A stretch of DNA of 64,000 nt. Source: a virus (taxonomy: Duplodnaviria; Caudoviricetes). The notes beneath the pieces were generated by a model, which worked only from the letters and a program-made list of their open reading frames with translations, did no database searches and was not told the DNA's origin. Positions 37,293 to 48,000 of this stretch are shown here, piece by piece. Where the stretch lies: IMG/VR virus record IMGVR_UViG_3300045594_000287, positions 1 through 64,000 of that record; one strand, given 5' to 3'. Both the position numbers and the translations under genes were made by a program. The stretch's first letter is position 1. Every line of letters starts with the position of its first letter.

Positions 37293-37694
37293 ATGAAAAT
37301 CAGTAAACACGAAAACAATACGGCCAAGCCAGAACGGAAAATGGAAGCACCAGTTATCGAAAAAGCAAAAAATGTCGGCGCAGTATCCCAGGAGCAGATT
37401 GATGCATGGAAACGCGAATATGGCAAGGTATTCCGGTCTGTTATCGGCAAGGATGTCGTTATCTGGAGACGTCTAAAGCGCAGCGAGTATATCACGGCAA
37501 TGACGGCTGAAGACCTCAGCGAAGACCCAGAAGTACGCATCTATCAACGCCAAGAGAGCGTCCTTAAGGCAGTATGCCTGTATCCGAGTAATATTGATGA
37601 GCTCATTGAATCGGAAGGCTGCCTGGCAACAAATCTCGGTGGCGAGATCATGGATTGTTCCGGCTTTGCAATGCCGAAGACGGACGAAATCTAA
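37293..37694 (+). CDS. Tail assembly chaperone-like protein 1
   Basis: ATG 37293 with GGAGG; QIDAWKREYGKV...RRLKRSEY pattern; upstream of the TMP. Confidence 0.65.
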   Translation: MKISKHENNTAKPERKMEAPVIEKAKNVGAVSQEQIDAWKREYGKVFRSVIGKDVVIWRRLKRSEYITAMTAEDLSEDPEVRIYQRQESVLKAVCLYPSNIDELIESEGCLATNLGGEIMDCSGFAMPKTDEI

Positions 37695-37708
37695 GGAAGT
37701 GTGGAATC

Positions 37709-38500
37709 GTGAAAATTACCAGCGACATGAAATCAGCTATAGACCAAGTTGATTACAACGCCCTATATCTGAAATTCTGCGAGAAGTATCGCAACGTTTT
37801 TACATTCCATATCGATGATGAGATTTTTATCTACCGTGCACTCGGCCGACAAGAATACCGTGAAATACTGGATGATGACCGCTTTGACCAGTATCGCAAG
37901 GAAGAGCTCATCTGCGATCAATGTTTACTCTATCCGGAAGATTATGACTGGGATAACTGTCCCGCAGGCGTGCCTACGGCTCTCAAGAAGAATATCCTGG
38001 AGAAGTCTTACCTGGACGATCTTGAACGAAGACATTCTCTACATAATTTTTATCGTTCCGAGATGTATGATCTCGATAACCAGATCACTTGCATCATCAA
38101 TGAGGCTTTTCCTCAATTTGATATTGAATCGATAGAACAGTGGGACGTCGAAAAAACGACGAAGTACCTGAGCCGTGCAGAATGGAAACTCCATAACCTG
38201 CGTGGCCTCGAGTACAGAGAACCTGAAGGAGAATTCAATGGCGATAATAGACAAGAAGATACTGAAGAGGCAGCCCCTGCTGCCGCCGAAGAGCAAACGC
38301 AAAGCAAAAAAGACAAAGACAAAACCATTCGGGGTGGTTCGAGAAAGGAAAAGCTCACCCCTGATAAGATGAAGGAGCGGGCGGAATTCCTTAAGAAGTT
38401 CCCTGAGTTCGCGAATGATGATGCTATGAATGCTGGTGTCGAAGGACTGGCGCAGGAAACCGTTGATGTTGTTGCCCCTGCCCTCAGACCTGGATTCTAA
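37709..38500 (+). CDS. Tail assembly chaperone-like protein 2 (paralog)
   Basis: Y.NVF...I......YR.L.R.EY...C.LYP matches the previous gene; start (GTG 37709 or ATG 37727) uncertain. Confidence 0.6.
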   Translation: MKITSDMKSAIDQVDYNALYLKFCEKYRNVFTFHIDDEIFIYRALGRQEYREILDDDRFDQYRKEELICDQCLLYPEDYDWDNCPAGVPTALKKNILEKSYLDDLERRHSLHNFYRSEMYDLDNQITCIINEAFPQFDIESIEQWDVEKTTKYLSRAEWKLHNLRGLEYREPEGEFNGDNRQEDTEEAAPAAAEEQTQSKKDKDKTIRGGSRKEKLTPDKMKERAEFLKKFPEFANDDAMNAGVEGLAQETVDVVAPALRPGF

Positions 38501-38516
38501 AAAAGGATGATGGCTT

Positions 38517-41500
38517 TTGACTAGAGAAGAACGCTTAAGAAGACAACAGGATATGACGAATAGAGACACTTCTTTGCGAAGCACTCTGACAATGGCTGGA
38601 GAGGCTGCTGCGGCATTTGGTGCTACAGCAGCCTTTATTCGTCGTACGGGCAATATGCCTAAAATAGCCAAAGGCATGGACATGGCGAAAGATTTCGTCT
38701 CTGCATCTGGCAATTACCTACCCAAAAAAGCCTGGAACGACGTAACATTTACAGATACCAAAAAGATGTTCAGGGATGCAAAAAGTGAACTTGCAAAAAT
38801 CAGAGAAGATTACAGGCTCCATCCTGTTCGTATAGATCCATATAGCAACACTAGTCTCGTCGGTACTATCCACGAGATGAATAGCGTACTTGCAGTTCCT
38901 GGTCGTACATCAGAAGCCGTCTGGAGGCAAAATACAGTAACCGCAGCTGGCCGTGACTTTATGGCTCAGAACTTCGCTAACCTGCCAAGAACATCGCAGG
39001 AGAAGTTCAATAACTTTATTTCTGCAGTTTCTGCGAGCCTTGACGATAGAAGAAAAATAGCGGCTGTCCGCAAGATGGCTAAATTTGATCCGGGCGAAGG
39101 TGCAATTTCCGACCTACTGCTTACTCATATGAAGCAAGCTGCAGCAAGTGACAAGGCTCATGAGGCGACTAAAGACATCACCCTCCAGAATATGAGATCT
39201 GCCAATAAGCAGTTCATGAAGGTAGATAACCTCAAAAAGGTATTTGGGTATAGAAAAGGCCCGAATGAAAAGTCGCTTGATTTTGTAAGAAAACTCACCA
39301 AGGAAGACGATGCTACCGTAGGTGATCTCCTCGATCCAAAGAATCGAGATAAAGTTGCACATATCCCTGGCTATAGAGCCAAAAAGGACCAGCAGGTAGG
39401 CGAATCTGCAATTGAGATCCTTAAAAACATGTATAAGAACTTGAAGGACAAGGATGCTGCCAATCACACGAACGAGGCAGCTGAATTCCTTAAGGTGTAC
39501 GTGGATAAAGGAAGACTCAAGAAAACGGATGGCGGAGAACTTTATAGCTTCAACTCCCCCGCCCATATTCGTGATAAATTCCTTGATTTCGGAGCAGGAA
39601 CACTCCCCGGTCAGATATTAAAACTTCGTTATTTCGAGTATAACCACAAAGCCCCTGTATTCCAATACATTGGATTAGGCAGCAGTGACCCATTACTCGC
39701 AGCAGCGGTAGGCAATAACGGCAAAGCTCGCAGCAGCGAGGTCGGCGGAAACTACCTTCGTATCAAGAACAATATCTATCACATGAACGAGAATGGCGAA
39801 GCGAATGAGGTAAAAGGCCTCGAAGACTTCCGCTATAGTTCTGGTAAGTTTGGTCCTGGAGCTAGAGTGCTCCGCCAGATAATTGGCGATACGAGATACG
39901 CTGATGGAGGGAACTTCATCACAAGGAAGCTGGACCTGTTCAGAGATCGTGAAGAGAATAATGGCAAGGCTCCAGGCAATGGCCTGTTAAGCGTCATCAC
40001 GAAAAGGGATGATGAAGACTGGCGCGGCAATGTCTTCAAGAGATTCCTCTCCCCTACTTTTGAGCAAAAAAAAGCTTTCCAACAAGGATTGATCGGGTCC
40101 GATATCTCATACTCACTGGACTACCTCAACAAAGCCGAGCATATGCAAAACATTATTGCCAGTAATGTATTTGCATTATCTAGAGAGGTAGCTTCTCAGT
40201 TGTCGAAAAATACGACAGGCCGAGCGCAGCAGCTTTTTGAAGCCCTCGGTGAGAGCGACGATGCCAAGATGCTTGACAAGATTATGCACCTCAGCAGCGG
40301 TTCATTGAGCACTCGAGGAGACTATATCAATGCCGATCTGACAAACTGGGTTGAGCAGTTCAATGCAAATCCTCAGGAAACATTGAACATGATCCGGCTT
40401 AAAGATGATAAGGAACATTTGAACATAAGCACGAGTATTTTTGATCTTCCTTCTACTAAGGGGAATAACCAGACTAAAGATGCTTATGAGATCCTGAGAA
40501 CAGAAGTCGCAAAAGAAGCGATGCTTCAGTATGCCAGCCAAGCATCATCTGATGTATCAAAGAAAAATTATAAAGCGCTCATTGACTTAGTAGGCAGCCT
40601 GGATACTGATATGAGTAAAAAGGTTGAAGCAAGGCATATGGCGGCCCTTGCTATATTCCAAGACAAGACATGGATAAACGAGAGAATAAAGGGCGGTCTT
40701 ACGGATGACGGTTACCGTTCTCTTATGAATAATGTAGAGATGGTAATGAACGGATCCAATGATGAAGAGGATAAGTTTGTCAGAAAATCTTTTAAAGAAG
40801 TTGGGAATGCGATAATCTCACCGCTAGAACAGCGAGGCGAAGAACTCACACTTGAAGGACCAGCTCAATATAACTCCTGGATAGCCATGAGAAAGATGAC
40901 TACCCCACTCGACTTTATCCGCAGCCTTAATGACTCAACTAAGGCAAAAGCTGTCGGTAAGAGAATGTTTACGCAGTTCTGGGCCGGCAGGGATAATCCG
41001 GAAGATATAACTGAAGCTACGTTAGTACCATACTTCATGCTGAGCCGTTTATCAGATGCAATGAATACCGTTGGCCTCGGATTCTCAAAAGAATCCATGG
41101 GCAGTGTTGGACAACTGACTAAAAATATCATGCTGAAGCGTGTACTTCCGGCTGCTGTAGCATCTACCTATCTTGAATGGGGCGATGATACTTCCCAGGA
41201 GCTTACCGGCACATCTGTAAGTGGAGCAATGGCCAATGGCATTGCCAATATAGACCTTGCATCCCGCAAGGTAATGGATACTTTTGGCCTCACTGACTGG
41301 TTGAAAGGCGAGAAGTCAATCAACCCGATCATGCAGTACTGGGGCGGCCATGGTGAATTCCAAAGCTGGGCAGAACGCAAGAAGTATTACGAATCCGGAT
41401 ATGATCCGGTACGTAAGGGTGCATGGTGGACATTCGGTGGTGTAAATGAGGCTCGTGGCGGAGAGATCCAATACTGGCAGCCTTCATATGCACGTCGTAT

Positions 41501-44500
41501 TAACAGCGACTATGAAGACAAAGCTTTGTATGATGGTTATTTCGACAAATGGTCTCACAGCTGGTTGCCTACCCCATCGAATCCACTCTCCCCTATTCGA
41601 GCACTATTAAATCCATATTGGCTAGAAGAAAAACATGCAGACGATAGGCCGTATGCAATATCCGGCCCTTTGTTCCAGCAAGGAACGCCCTGGGGCGCGA
41701 TCCTTAATCCAACACTTGGACAAATTATAAAACCTCAGAAGGAACTGCATCCATGGAGATTGAATAACGGCATCGATGCAAAAAACCTTATTCATGAGGT
41801 TAATGAATATATTCACGCTAAGGCGAGAGACCTCGGCGGGCAGAATATGATCGCCTTGAAAGGCAACACGGCTACCCCTGTCAGATTTACTTCGTATGAT
41901 GCACCTACGGAAGATACGACATCTACATCTGTTCAGACAAAGAACGGGATGTTCTCTGACCCAAGAAGAGGAGTTTATGGAGTATATGATGGCGACGGTG
42001 GTCCAAATCCCGCAACTGGATTCACGAAATTCGGTAAAGGGAGCGCAGCCGCTGCATTCGTAGGAGCTCAATCCGGCTTGCCTGGATTACGAGATATGAT
42101 ACGGGCGAAGCTTTCTGGCGGATCCGGGCAGATGCCGGTACAAAATGGTGACATCATGCAGGACAGTAGAGGCAATCTCGGTGTATATCTACAACAGGAC
42201 AAGCCGGCTCCTATTGACAGCAGCTTGAACCTTGAAGACGAAATCGCAATGGATCGCATGATCCGTGGTGACATGGGTGGTATTAAGCGCACGGTCGGTG
42301 AAATCGTTCATGCTTTGAATCCAACCACGATTATCCAAAGATTGAACGACGGTACAAAGAAGAAAGCCGGTCAATCTGTATCACTTCATACGGCAACCAC
42401 TGATGAATTTGATACGGAGCAAGGCTTTATCAGTCCTGATAAGCTTAAAAATTATCGTCCTTCTCAGGGGATGCAACTCTTGGATAACCCAGATGATATG
42501 GCCGAACTTGTCCATGCCGGTAAAGGCTATGACTACGTCCATGATGCAGCCGTATCATGGCGCTTGATTTCTGGTATCTACGGCTATATGGCCGGAGCAG
42601 CTACTGGATTTGGAGTAGATAATAGGAAAAAGGTTGCAGACTCATCAGACATGACATCGTTCAGCAGAACCTTCTGGGATTCAAATCTCGGAGGCGCCGG
42701 CGGAGATATCATGGAGATTGCACGTCGTTTCATTCCTGACTTCCGTCGTTCAAATCGTGTGAGTCCTTTAATGAATGAGATGCCAGATTGGTTGCCTGAG
42801 CGATTCAAGTATGGTGATCCATATACCCTTCTTCCAAAAGGTGAAATGCGATTACCAGGTAAAGGTTATCTAGCGCTAAATAAGCTACATCCTGATCAGT
42901 TTGGTACATATGGTGCATATGATCGATTCAAAATTTTGGCTGATATCGCACCGATGACCCCAGAATACAAGATGTGGAGAACGATTGCCCAGAAGACTGT
43001 GACGGATCCAGACCTCAAAGAGGATATGGATGATATTCGTCAACGTGTTTCTCAACAGGGTAAGAAACATGATTTCTACGAATATAAATCCGTAGGACAT
43101 GGTTTGGACTACGAGACCGTAACGGTATCCAGCGTTTTGGGATATGGTAAATTTCGTTCGGGATCCAGTATCTATAAAGTCGCCGGAGTAAAAGTTCGCG
43201 GCAATGATAACGAGACTATGGACCAAGTGCTTGGGCGGTATCTCCATGTGGGACAAACCGTAACAGTAGCCGTAGATTCAAACCAGGCATATCGGACAAA
43301 TAGAGATACAGACCATACGATAGACGCTGCTGTGTTTGTCGGTGGAGATAATATCTCTAAACAGATGCTTAAGAACGGTGATGCCACGGTTCGCAAAGGA
43401 GACACGTCTTCTGCTGCTATTCTGGCTAACTATGGGCCGATCCAAAGAACAATCGGCTGGGTATCAGAATTGGTTGCTCACACGGATATTCCATGGCTGA
43501 GCGATCAGTTCTTGCGGGTCCGCTCCCCTCTCGAATCGTACAGAGCAGAACAAGTATATGGCACTCCATATCAATCATGGGATCACCCAATTGACTCTTA
43601 TCTAATGCCGGCATGGAATCGTTCCATTCATGGACGTTCCATTATGGGCACTATTGGTACTTATGCATACCAAGCATTACGCGGTGTACCTATGAGTGCC
43701 TGGGATAAGAAAGCACTATCTGCTGCTTATCTCTTCGGAAATCGCGGTGCCTTCATGGGCGCAGCGGTAACTAAAATGTTCTTTGCCAATGATGCGGAAA
43801 AAGTCATGAAGGGCGCGGATATAGGATCGAATCTGGTATCACTAGGGCATGTATTGACTGGTGGCAATAGCTACTTGGACGAAATGTCAAGCGCAGCTTC
43901 AATCGGAATGTCTGTTGCCAAGTACTTTGAAAAAGACAGTGGTAAGGGTGCCATTGCCGGAGCTCTCGTTGGAGCTGCGTATCGCACAGCAAAAGGACAA
44001 GCCGGCAAAGAATGGATACCAGAAAGAACACAGAAAAAATGGGAAATGCAGGATTACTTTGATCGTCTTACCTATATCAAATACACTGCTCTTTATAAGG
44101 CTGCAGCTAAAAAGGCTAAGTCTGAAGAAGGCGTAGACGTAGACAATCTCGTATCGTCAAGAGATTATAGGGAAGAAAAGCGTCAGAGTGCCCTCGAACG
44201 TTTCAAGGGTATAAAAGATGCTCTGCGCGGAACCAAGAGCAGTTACGAGCACAAGCAGATGATGAAGCTCTTGACAGGAAAAATCAATGCGCTCGACAAT
44301 GACACTACGATCATTGAAGGTGGAAAATATACCCATTCCGCTCTTATATACAAGCAAGCAGCTGAAGCTACGATGTATGCTCTGAAGAAAGGGTCTTCAT
44401 GGTCGCAGATCATCACAGCGTTGCCTACCAACGACAGAGAGTATTTTACAGAGTTCGTAAAAGAACGAGACCCTGGCAAGCGCTCTGATATATTGAAAAC

Positions 44501-44957
44501 AGCCTCCCCTGCTCTGAAAAAGGCCCTCAACCTGGCCTGGGGCAAGGATGTCAAGAAAGATGAAGATAACGAGACTTATTTTGCGAAGCATAACCTGCCG
44601 CAACTCAACTGGGCTGGTTGGCGCCCGGATACGGATCTCAAAAACGTAGAAGTGAAAACTATTGCCAATGAAGGTATGAGCTTATCTGATTTTGGTTATT
44701 ACGAATCGCAGCTTAGGGATCCGGACGTTATAAACGCCCCGTCTATTGTCAAACCAAAGCACAAGAACTCCCAAATGAATGGGGTGCGACGTAACCTGCA
44801 GAAGATCCTTGAAGGTCAAGGGTTAAAGAATGTGAGCGTCAACGTAACTGACAATGCTTTTGACGGACACCAAATAAAAGCAGATATAGGACTATTTACT
44901 GGCAAAAGACAAATTAACGGAATGGTAAAAGACCAGATGGACGAGAAAACAAGATAA
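38517..44957 (+). CDS. Tape-measure-like virion protein (2146 aa) with a degenerate thermonuclease (SNase) domain
   Basis: Follows the chaperones; largely helical, Gly/Ala-rich segments near the C-terminus; SNase-like segment at about 43110-43385. Confidence 0.65.
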   Translation: MTREERLRRQQDMTNRDTSLRSTLTMAGEAAAAFGATAAFIRRTGNMPKIAKGMDMAKDFVSASGNYLPKKAWNDVTFTDTKKMFRDAKSELAKIREDYRLHPVRIDPYSNTSLVGTIHEMNSVLAVPGRTSEAVWRQNTVTAAGRDFMAQNFANLPRTSQEKFNNFISAVSASLDDRRKIAAVRKMAKFDPGEGAISDLLLTHMKQAAASDKAHEATKDITLQNMRSANKQFMKVDNLKKVFGYRKGPNEKSLDFVRKLTKEDDATVGDLLDPKNRDKVAHIPGYRAKKDQQVGESAIEILKNMYKNLKDKDAANHTNEAAEFLKVYVDKGRLKKTDGGELYSFNSPAHIRDKFLDFGAGTLPGQILKLRYFEYNHKAPVFQYIGLGSSDPLLAAAVGNNGKARSSEVGGNYLRIKNNIYHMNENGEANEVKGLEDFRYSSGKFGPGARVLRQIIGDTRYADGGNFITRKLDLFRDREENNGKAPGNGLLSVITKRDDEDWRGNVFKRFLSPTFEQKKAFQQGLIGSDISYSLDYLNKAEHMQNIIASNVFALSREVASQLSKNTTGRAQQLFEALGESDDAKMLDKIMHLSSGSLSTRGDYINADLTNWVEQFNANPQETLNMIRLKDDKEHLNISTSIFDLPSTKGNNQTKDAYEILRTEVAKEAMLQYASQASSDVSKKNYKALIDLVGSLDTDMSKKVEARHMAALAIFQDKTWINERIKGGLTDDGYRSLMNNVEMVMNGSNDEEDKFVRKSFKEVGNAIISPLEQRGEELTLEGPAQYNSWIAMRKMTTPLDFIRSLNDSTKAKAVGKRMFTQFWAGRDNPEDITEATLVPYFMLSRLSDAMNTVGLGFSKESMGSVGQLTKNIMLKRVLPAAVASTYLEWGDDTSQELTGTSVSGAMANGIANIDLASRKVMDTFGLTDWLKGEKSINPIMQYWGGHGEFQSWAERKKYYESGYDPVRKGAWWTFGGVNEARGGEIQYWQPSYARRINSDYEDKALYDGYFDKWSHSWLPTPSNPLSPIRALLNPYWLEEKHADDRPYAISGPLFQQGTPWGAILNPTLGQIIKPQKELHPWRLNNGIDAKNLIHEVNEYIHAKARDLGGQNMIALKGNTATPVRFTSYDAPTEDTTSTSVQTKNGMFSDPRRGVYGVYDGDGGPNPATGFTKFGKGSAAAAFVGAQSGLPGLRDMIRAKLSGGSGQMPVQNGDIMQDSRGNLGVYLQQDKPAPIDSSLNLEDEIAMDRMIRGDMGGIKRTVGEIVHALNPTTIIQRLNDGTKKKAGQSVSLHTATTDEFDTEQGFISPDKLKNYRPSQGMQLLDNPDDMAELVHAGKGYDYVHDAAVSWRLISGIYGYMAGAATGFGVDNRKKVADSSDMTSFSRTFWDSNLGGAGGDIMEIARRFIPDFRRSNRVSPLMNEMPDWLPERFKYGDPYTLLPKGEMRLPGKGYLALNKLHPDQFGTYGAYDRFKILADIAPMTPEYKMWRTIAQKTVTDPDLKEDMDDIRQRVSQQGKKHDFYEYKSVGHGLDYETVTVSSVLGYGKFRSGSSIYKVAGVKVRGNDNETMDQVLGRYLHVGQTVTVAVDSNQAYRTNRDTDHTIDAAVFVGGDNISKQMLKNGDATVRKGDTSSAAILANYGPIQRTIGWVSELVAHTDIPWLSDQFLRVRSPLESYRAEQVYGTPYQSWDHPIDSYLMPAWNRSIHGRSIMGTIGTYAYQALRGVPMSAWDKKALSAAYLFGNRGAFMGAAVTKMFFANDAEKVMKGADIGSNLVSLGHVLTGGNSYLDEMSSAASIGMSVAKYFEKDSGKGAIAGALVGAAYRTAKGQAGKEWIPERTQKKWEMQDYFDRLTYIKYTALYKAAAKKAKSEEGVDVDNLVSSRDYREEKRQSALERFKGIKDALRGTKSSYEHKQMMKLLTGKINALDNDTTIIEGGKYTHSALIYKQAAEATMYALKKGSSWSQIITALPTNDREYFTEFVKERDPGKRSDILKTASPALKKALNLAWGKDVKKDEDNETYFAKHNLPQLNWAGWRPDTDLKNVEVKTIANEGMSLSDFGYYESQLRDPDVINAPSIVKPKHKNSQMNGVRRNLQKILEGQGLKNVSVNVTDNAFDGHQIKADIGLFTGKRQINGMVKDQMDEKTR

Positions 44958-44960
44958 ATG

Positions 44961-44987
44961 AGCAGCTCCAATATGGAGCTGCTTTTT
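44961..44987 (+). terminator. Intrinsic terminator
   Basis: AGCAGCTCCA/TGGAGCTGCT plus T run. Confidence 0.8.
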
Positions 44988-45062
44988 GTCCATATACAGA
45001 TCGCAAAAGGGTAATGAAATAGTTAGTGAATACGTTAATGCAGGTAGACTGCTGATATAGAG

Positions 45063-48000
45063 GTGCGAACATTGAGACAGAATTTTATAAATGACGATTC
45101 AAAGAAAATCGTTGAAAGCAAAGTAAATGATCATATCGGGAAAATCACCAGAAACTCCGTCGAAGAGCAGATCCTTGAAAAAAGCGATAAGACAGATAAA
45201 AATCTGTATAATAAAAATATTGACCAGTGGAGAGAGATTCATGGCGCCGAAATAGCTAATGGACTTCTGAAGTCAACTGACGCGGTTGCGGGAATAAATG
45301 TCAGAGCGATAAAAAATACGCTGACAAACGCTCACAGTTCTCAGATCATAATGAATCCTTCTGAACTTTACGGGGAAACTCGTAAAAGTCGTTACCTCGA
45401 AGCAGACGTAAAAGAAGTCTACGAAAAAATGGGAATGGATGCCTTCGAGCACGTCCTTGACCTGAATGAAACTGGAAGCAAATACTTTGTAGGAAAAACT
45501 GCAACCAGTATTGCATTCCAGCATACTAACCGTGGTGTAAAACAGAACTATGACAGAATGATGGCCGGAATCAAAAACTCCGAAGAAAAAGGCCTGTTCG
45601 TAGACTGGGATACAGAAACCATGAGCGGAACTAATAAATTTGGAAAACAAATAGTCGACCAAATGACAGAGTTTACGTTCAAAGTTGCAAATTACGATGA
45701 CGGATCTATTGTAAAAGGACGTTCCTACGGCTCGATCATCGGTGCCACGGAAGCACAATACAATGACTACTTGAAAAAAATTGAACGCTATGAAAATGGT
45801 GGATCGCTTTCAAATTTAGATAGAGTTGAACTTAACCGCTTAGCTTTGATGGGTAAAAGCAAGGTCAAGGAAACCGAAAGCGGCATCCATAATTACTCCT
45901 ATTTCGCTGGTGCGGAAGAAGTAGCTGAAAACCGTTCAGAGGATATGCGTGCCGGCCTCGAGCAGTTATTTGGTATAGGTAAAGCTCAGCAAGCAAAAGG
46001 CGCCGTAGAAGAATATGGCGGGCAGAAAATGTTTGCCTGGGAGAAAAAACTATTCCAGGGCTTAGATGAAATCATTCAAAATGATCTCACTGCAGTCGGA
46101 CACAATACACTCACATTCGATAACGGCGTTATGCTTCATCAGTTGCAGCATGGAATGTGGTCTGCAGGCGGCAAGGCATATGCTGACCAAATGCTTAAAG
46201 CTACCAATGGATTGCATTTTGAGCATGAGAATGATACTATCGCGATGATTCGTCAATCCGTTCCAGATCGTCTTCAGATTTATCGCAATGCCGACGGTAC
46301 GTTAAACCAAGCAGCAATGCAGTACAACAAAGAACATGGTCTTACACTATTCCAGCAGGAAGCGATTCAGAATGCAATGAATAGTGACTTCTATGCTTCT
46401 ATTGGTGCTGCTCATACGTCAGATGTCGACGTACAGGCAAATGCTATGATGTACGCTTCAAATAAATTGAAGCTCAATACGGAAGAATCGTTCTTCAAAG
46501 GAATGCCGGAGTCTGCTCCATCGATCCAGCTGACTGGAGGAAGTAAGCAGCTACTGTATGCAATGGAAGGCGGCGGCATAGAATATAAGGGACTGCTGGG
46601 TTTTGTAACAGATCCATTGACTGGAGATATTCGCACATCTGATAAGTATCGGATGAGTAAAGTACCTACGGGCGGAGAAATGGCTTCAGAAGTAAACAAA
46701 GACTTCTTTGCCACTGGCAACATTCACAAAGGTGTATCATACACCATAAGCAATGCAACAAAAGTGGAGACGTCAGACGAGTTCCGCGACCTTATCGGGA
46801 AATATAGGCCGGGGATGGATGTCCGCAGTCTGGTAGCCGTACAACTTATGCCGGTATCCAATTCAAAAACAATGCGGGCAAAAACACCTTACACTTTGAT
46901 TGGATCCATGACCGATGTGCAAGACTATATCAATCATACTTTTTTGCATACTGGACATGCCGTTGAAGACTCCCAGGGACATAGAACCTGGACTGCCAAT
47001 GGCATTCCGGAAGAATCGAGACGACTTCTTCAGGTAAGAGAATTTGCCAACGACGGTGTCCATGCCGGATTTAAGGATTATTCTCTCGAAGACCAGCTTG
47101 CTGAAAGCTCCTATCGTCTTACGAATGAATCTGCTGCCAGAGTAGTCCGTGCGCATGAACTGAAAAAAGACGTTGGCGTATTACGATACGTTCAGGATAT
47201 GGATAAGTATGCCCGGGAAAACGCTATCGATCCGACTGATGAATATCAGATGGAAAATATGCGGCAAAAATTCCGCGACAGCGTATTCAGCCGTTCAAAA
47301 AGCATCGAATCCAAAATTCGCAGTGGAAAAGGGTACGAAGCAGAAGAAATGGTTGGAACGTTCCACGACTATTTCGGGTATATAGATCGTGATACGAAAA
47401 ATCCAATGGTATGGTCAGATACGGTCATGTCAGCTCTGGATCGCGAGGGATATGTTCGTAAAAACCAGCAAGTGATTTCCGGCGCTATTAAACATGCCTA
47501 TGCAAGAGCAGGCGAGTCTGTTACTGATCAAGACATTTCTCATATGACTGCCCTTCAGAAAAAGAACAAAGAAGCTTCCGCCTACTATAGAATGTACATG
47601 GAGTCTGCTACAGATGCAGCTATCCGTAAATTTGGATCAGGCCGGCCCGTAGGGGAGCATCGGATGGGTATCCATACATACGAACTCAACCAGTTTGAGT
47701 TTGACATGAATGGTTACAAAGGGAATTTCAATCCAGACAATGATATATTTAGTGTCCATCTCGGTGAAAATGGCAATACGATGGTCAATCGTTTGCTGCG
47801 TCATCAAGGCTTGCGCACAGACATATCTGATGAAGCAAAGATTGCCGAGCTGCGTAGATTTCAAAAATTTATTGGTGGATCCGAAACTCTCAGTGAGCTG
47901 AATTCAACCAGAAGAGAACTTCTGGAAAAAAACAACTTAATCAACATTGGTGAAGATACAATAGACTCTGCTGCAACGAAGATTATAACCCCGCTGCAGA

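Noticed and set aside
37610-37709. Programmed -1 frameshift between the tail chaperone genes
   Set aside because: The frames are in a -1 relation and overlap, but I see no X XXY YYZ slippery heptamer, and the second ORF is a full paralog with its own plausible start.
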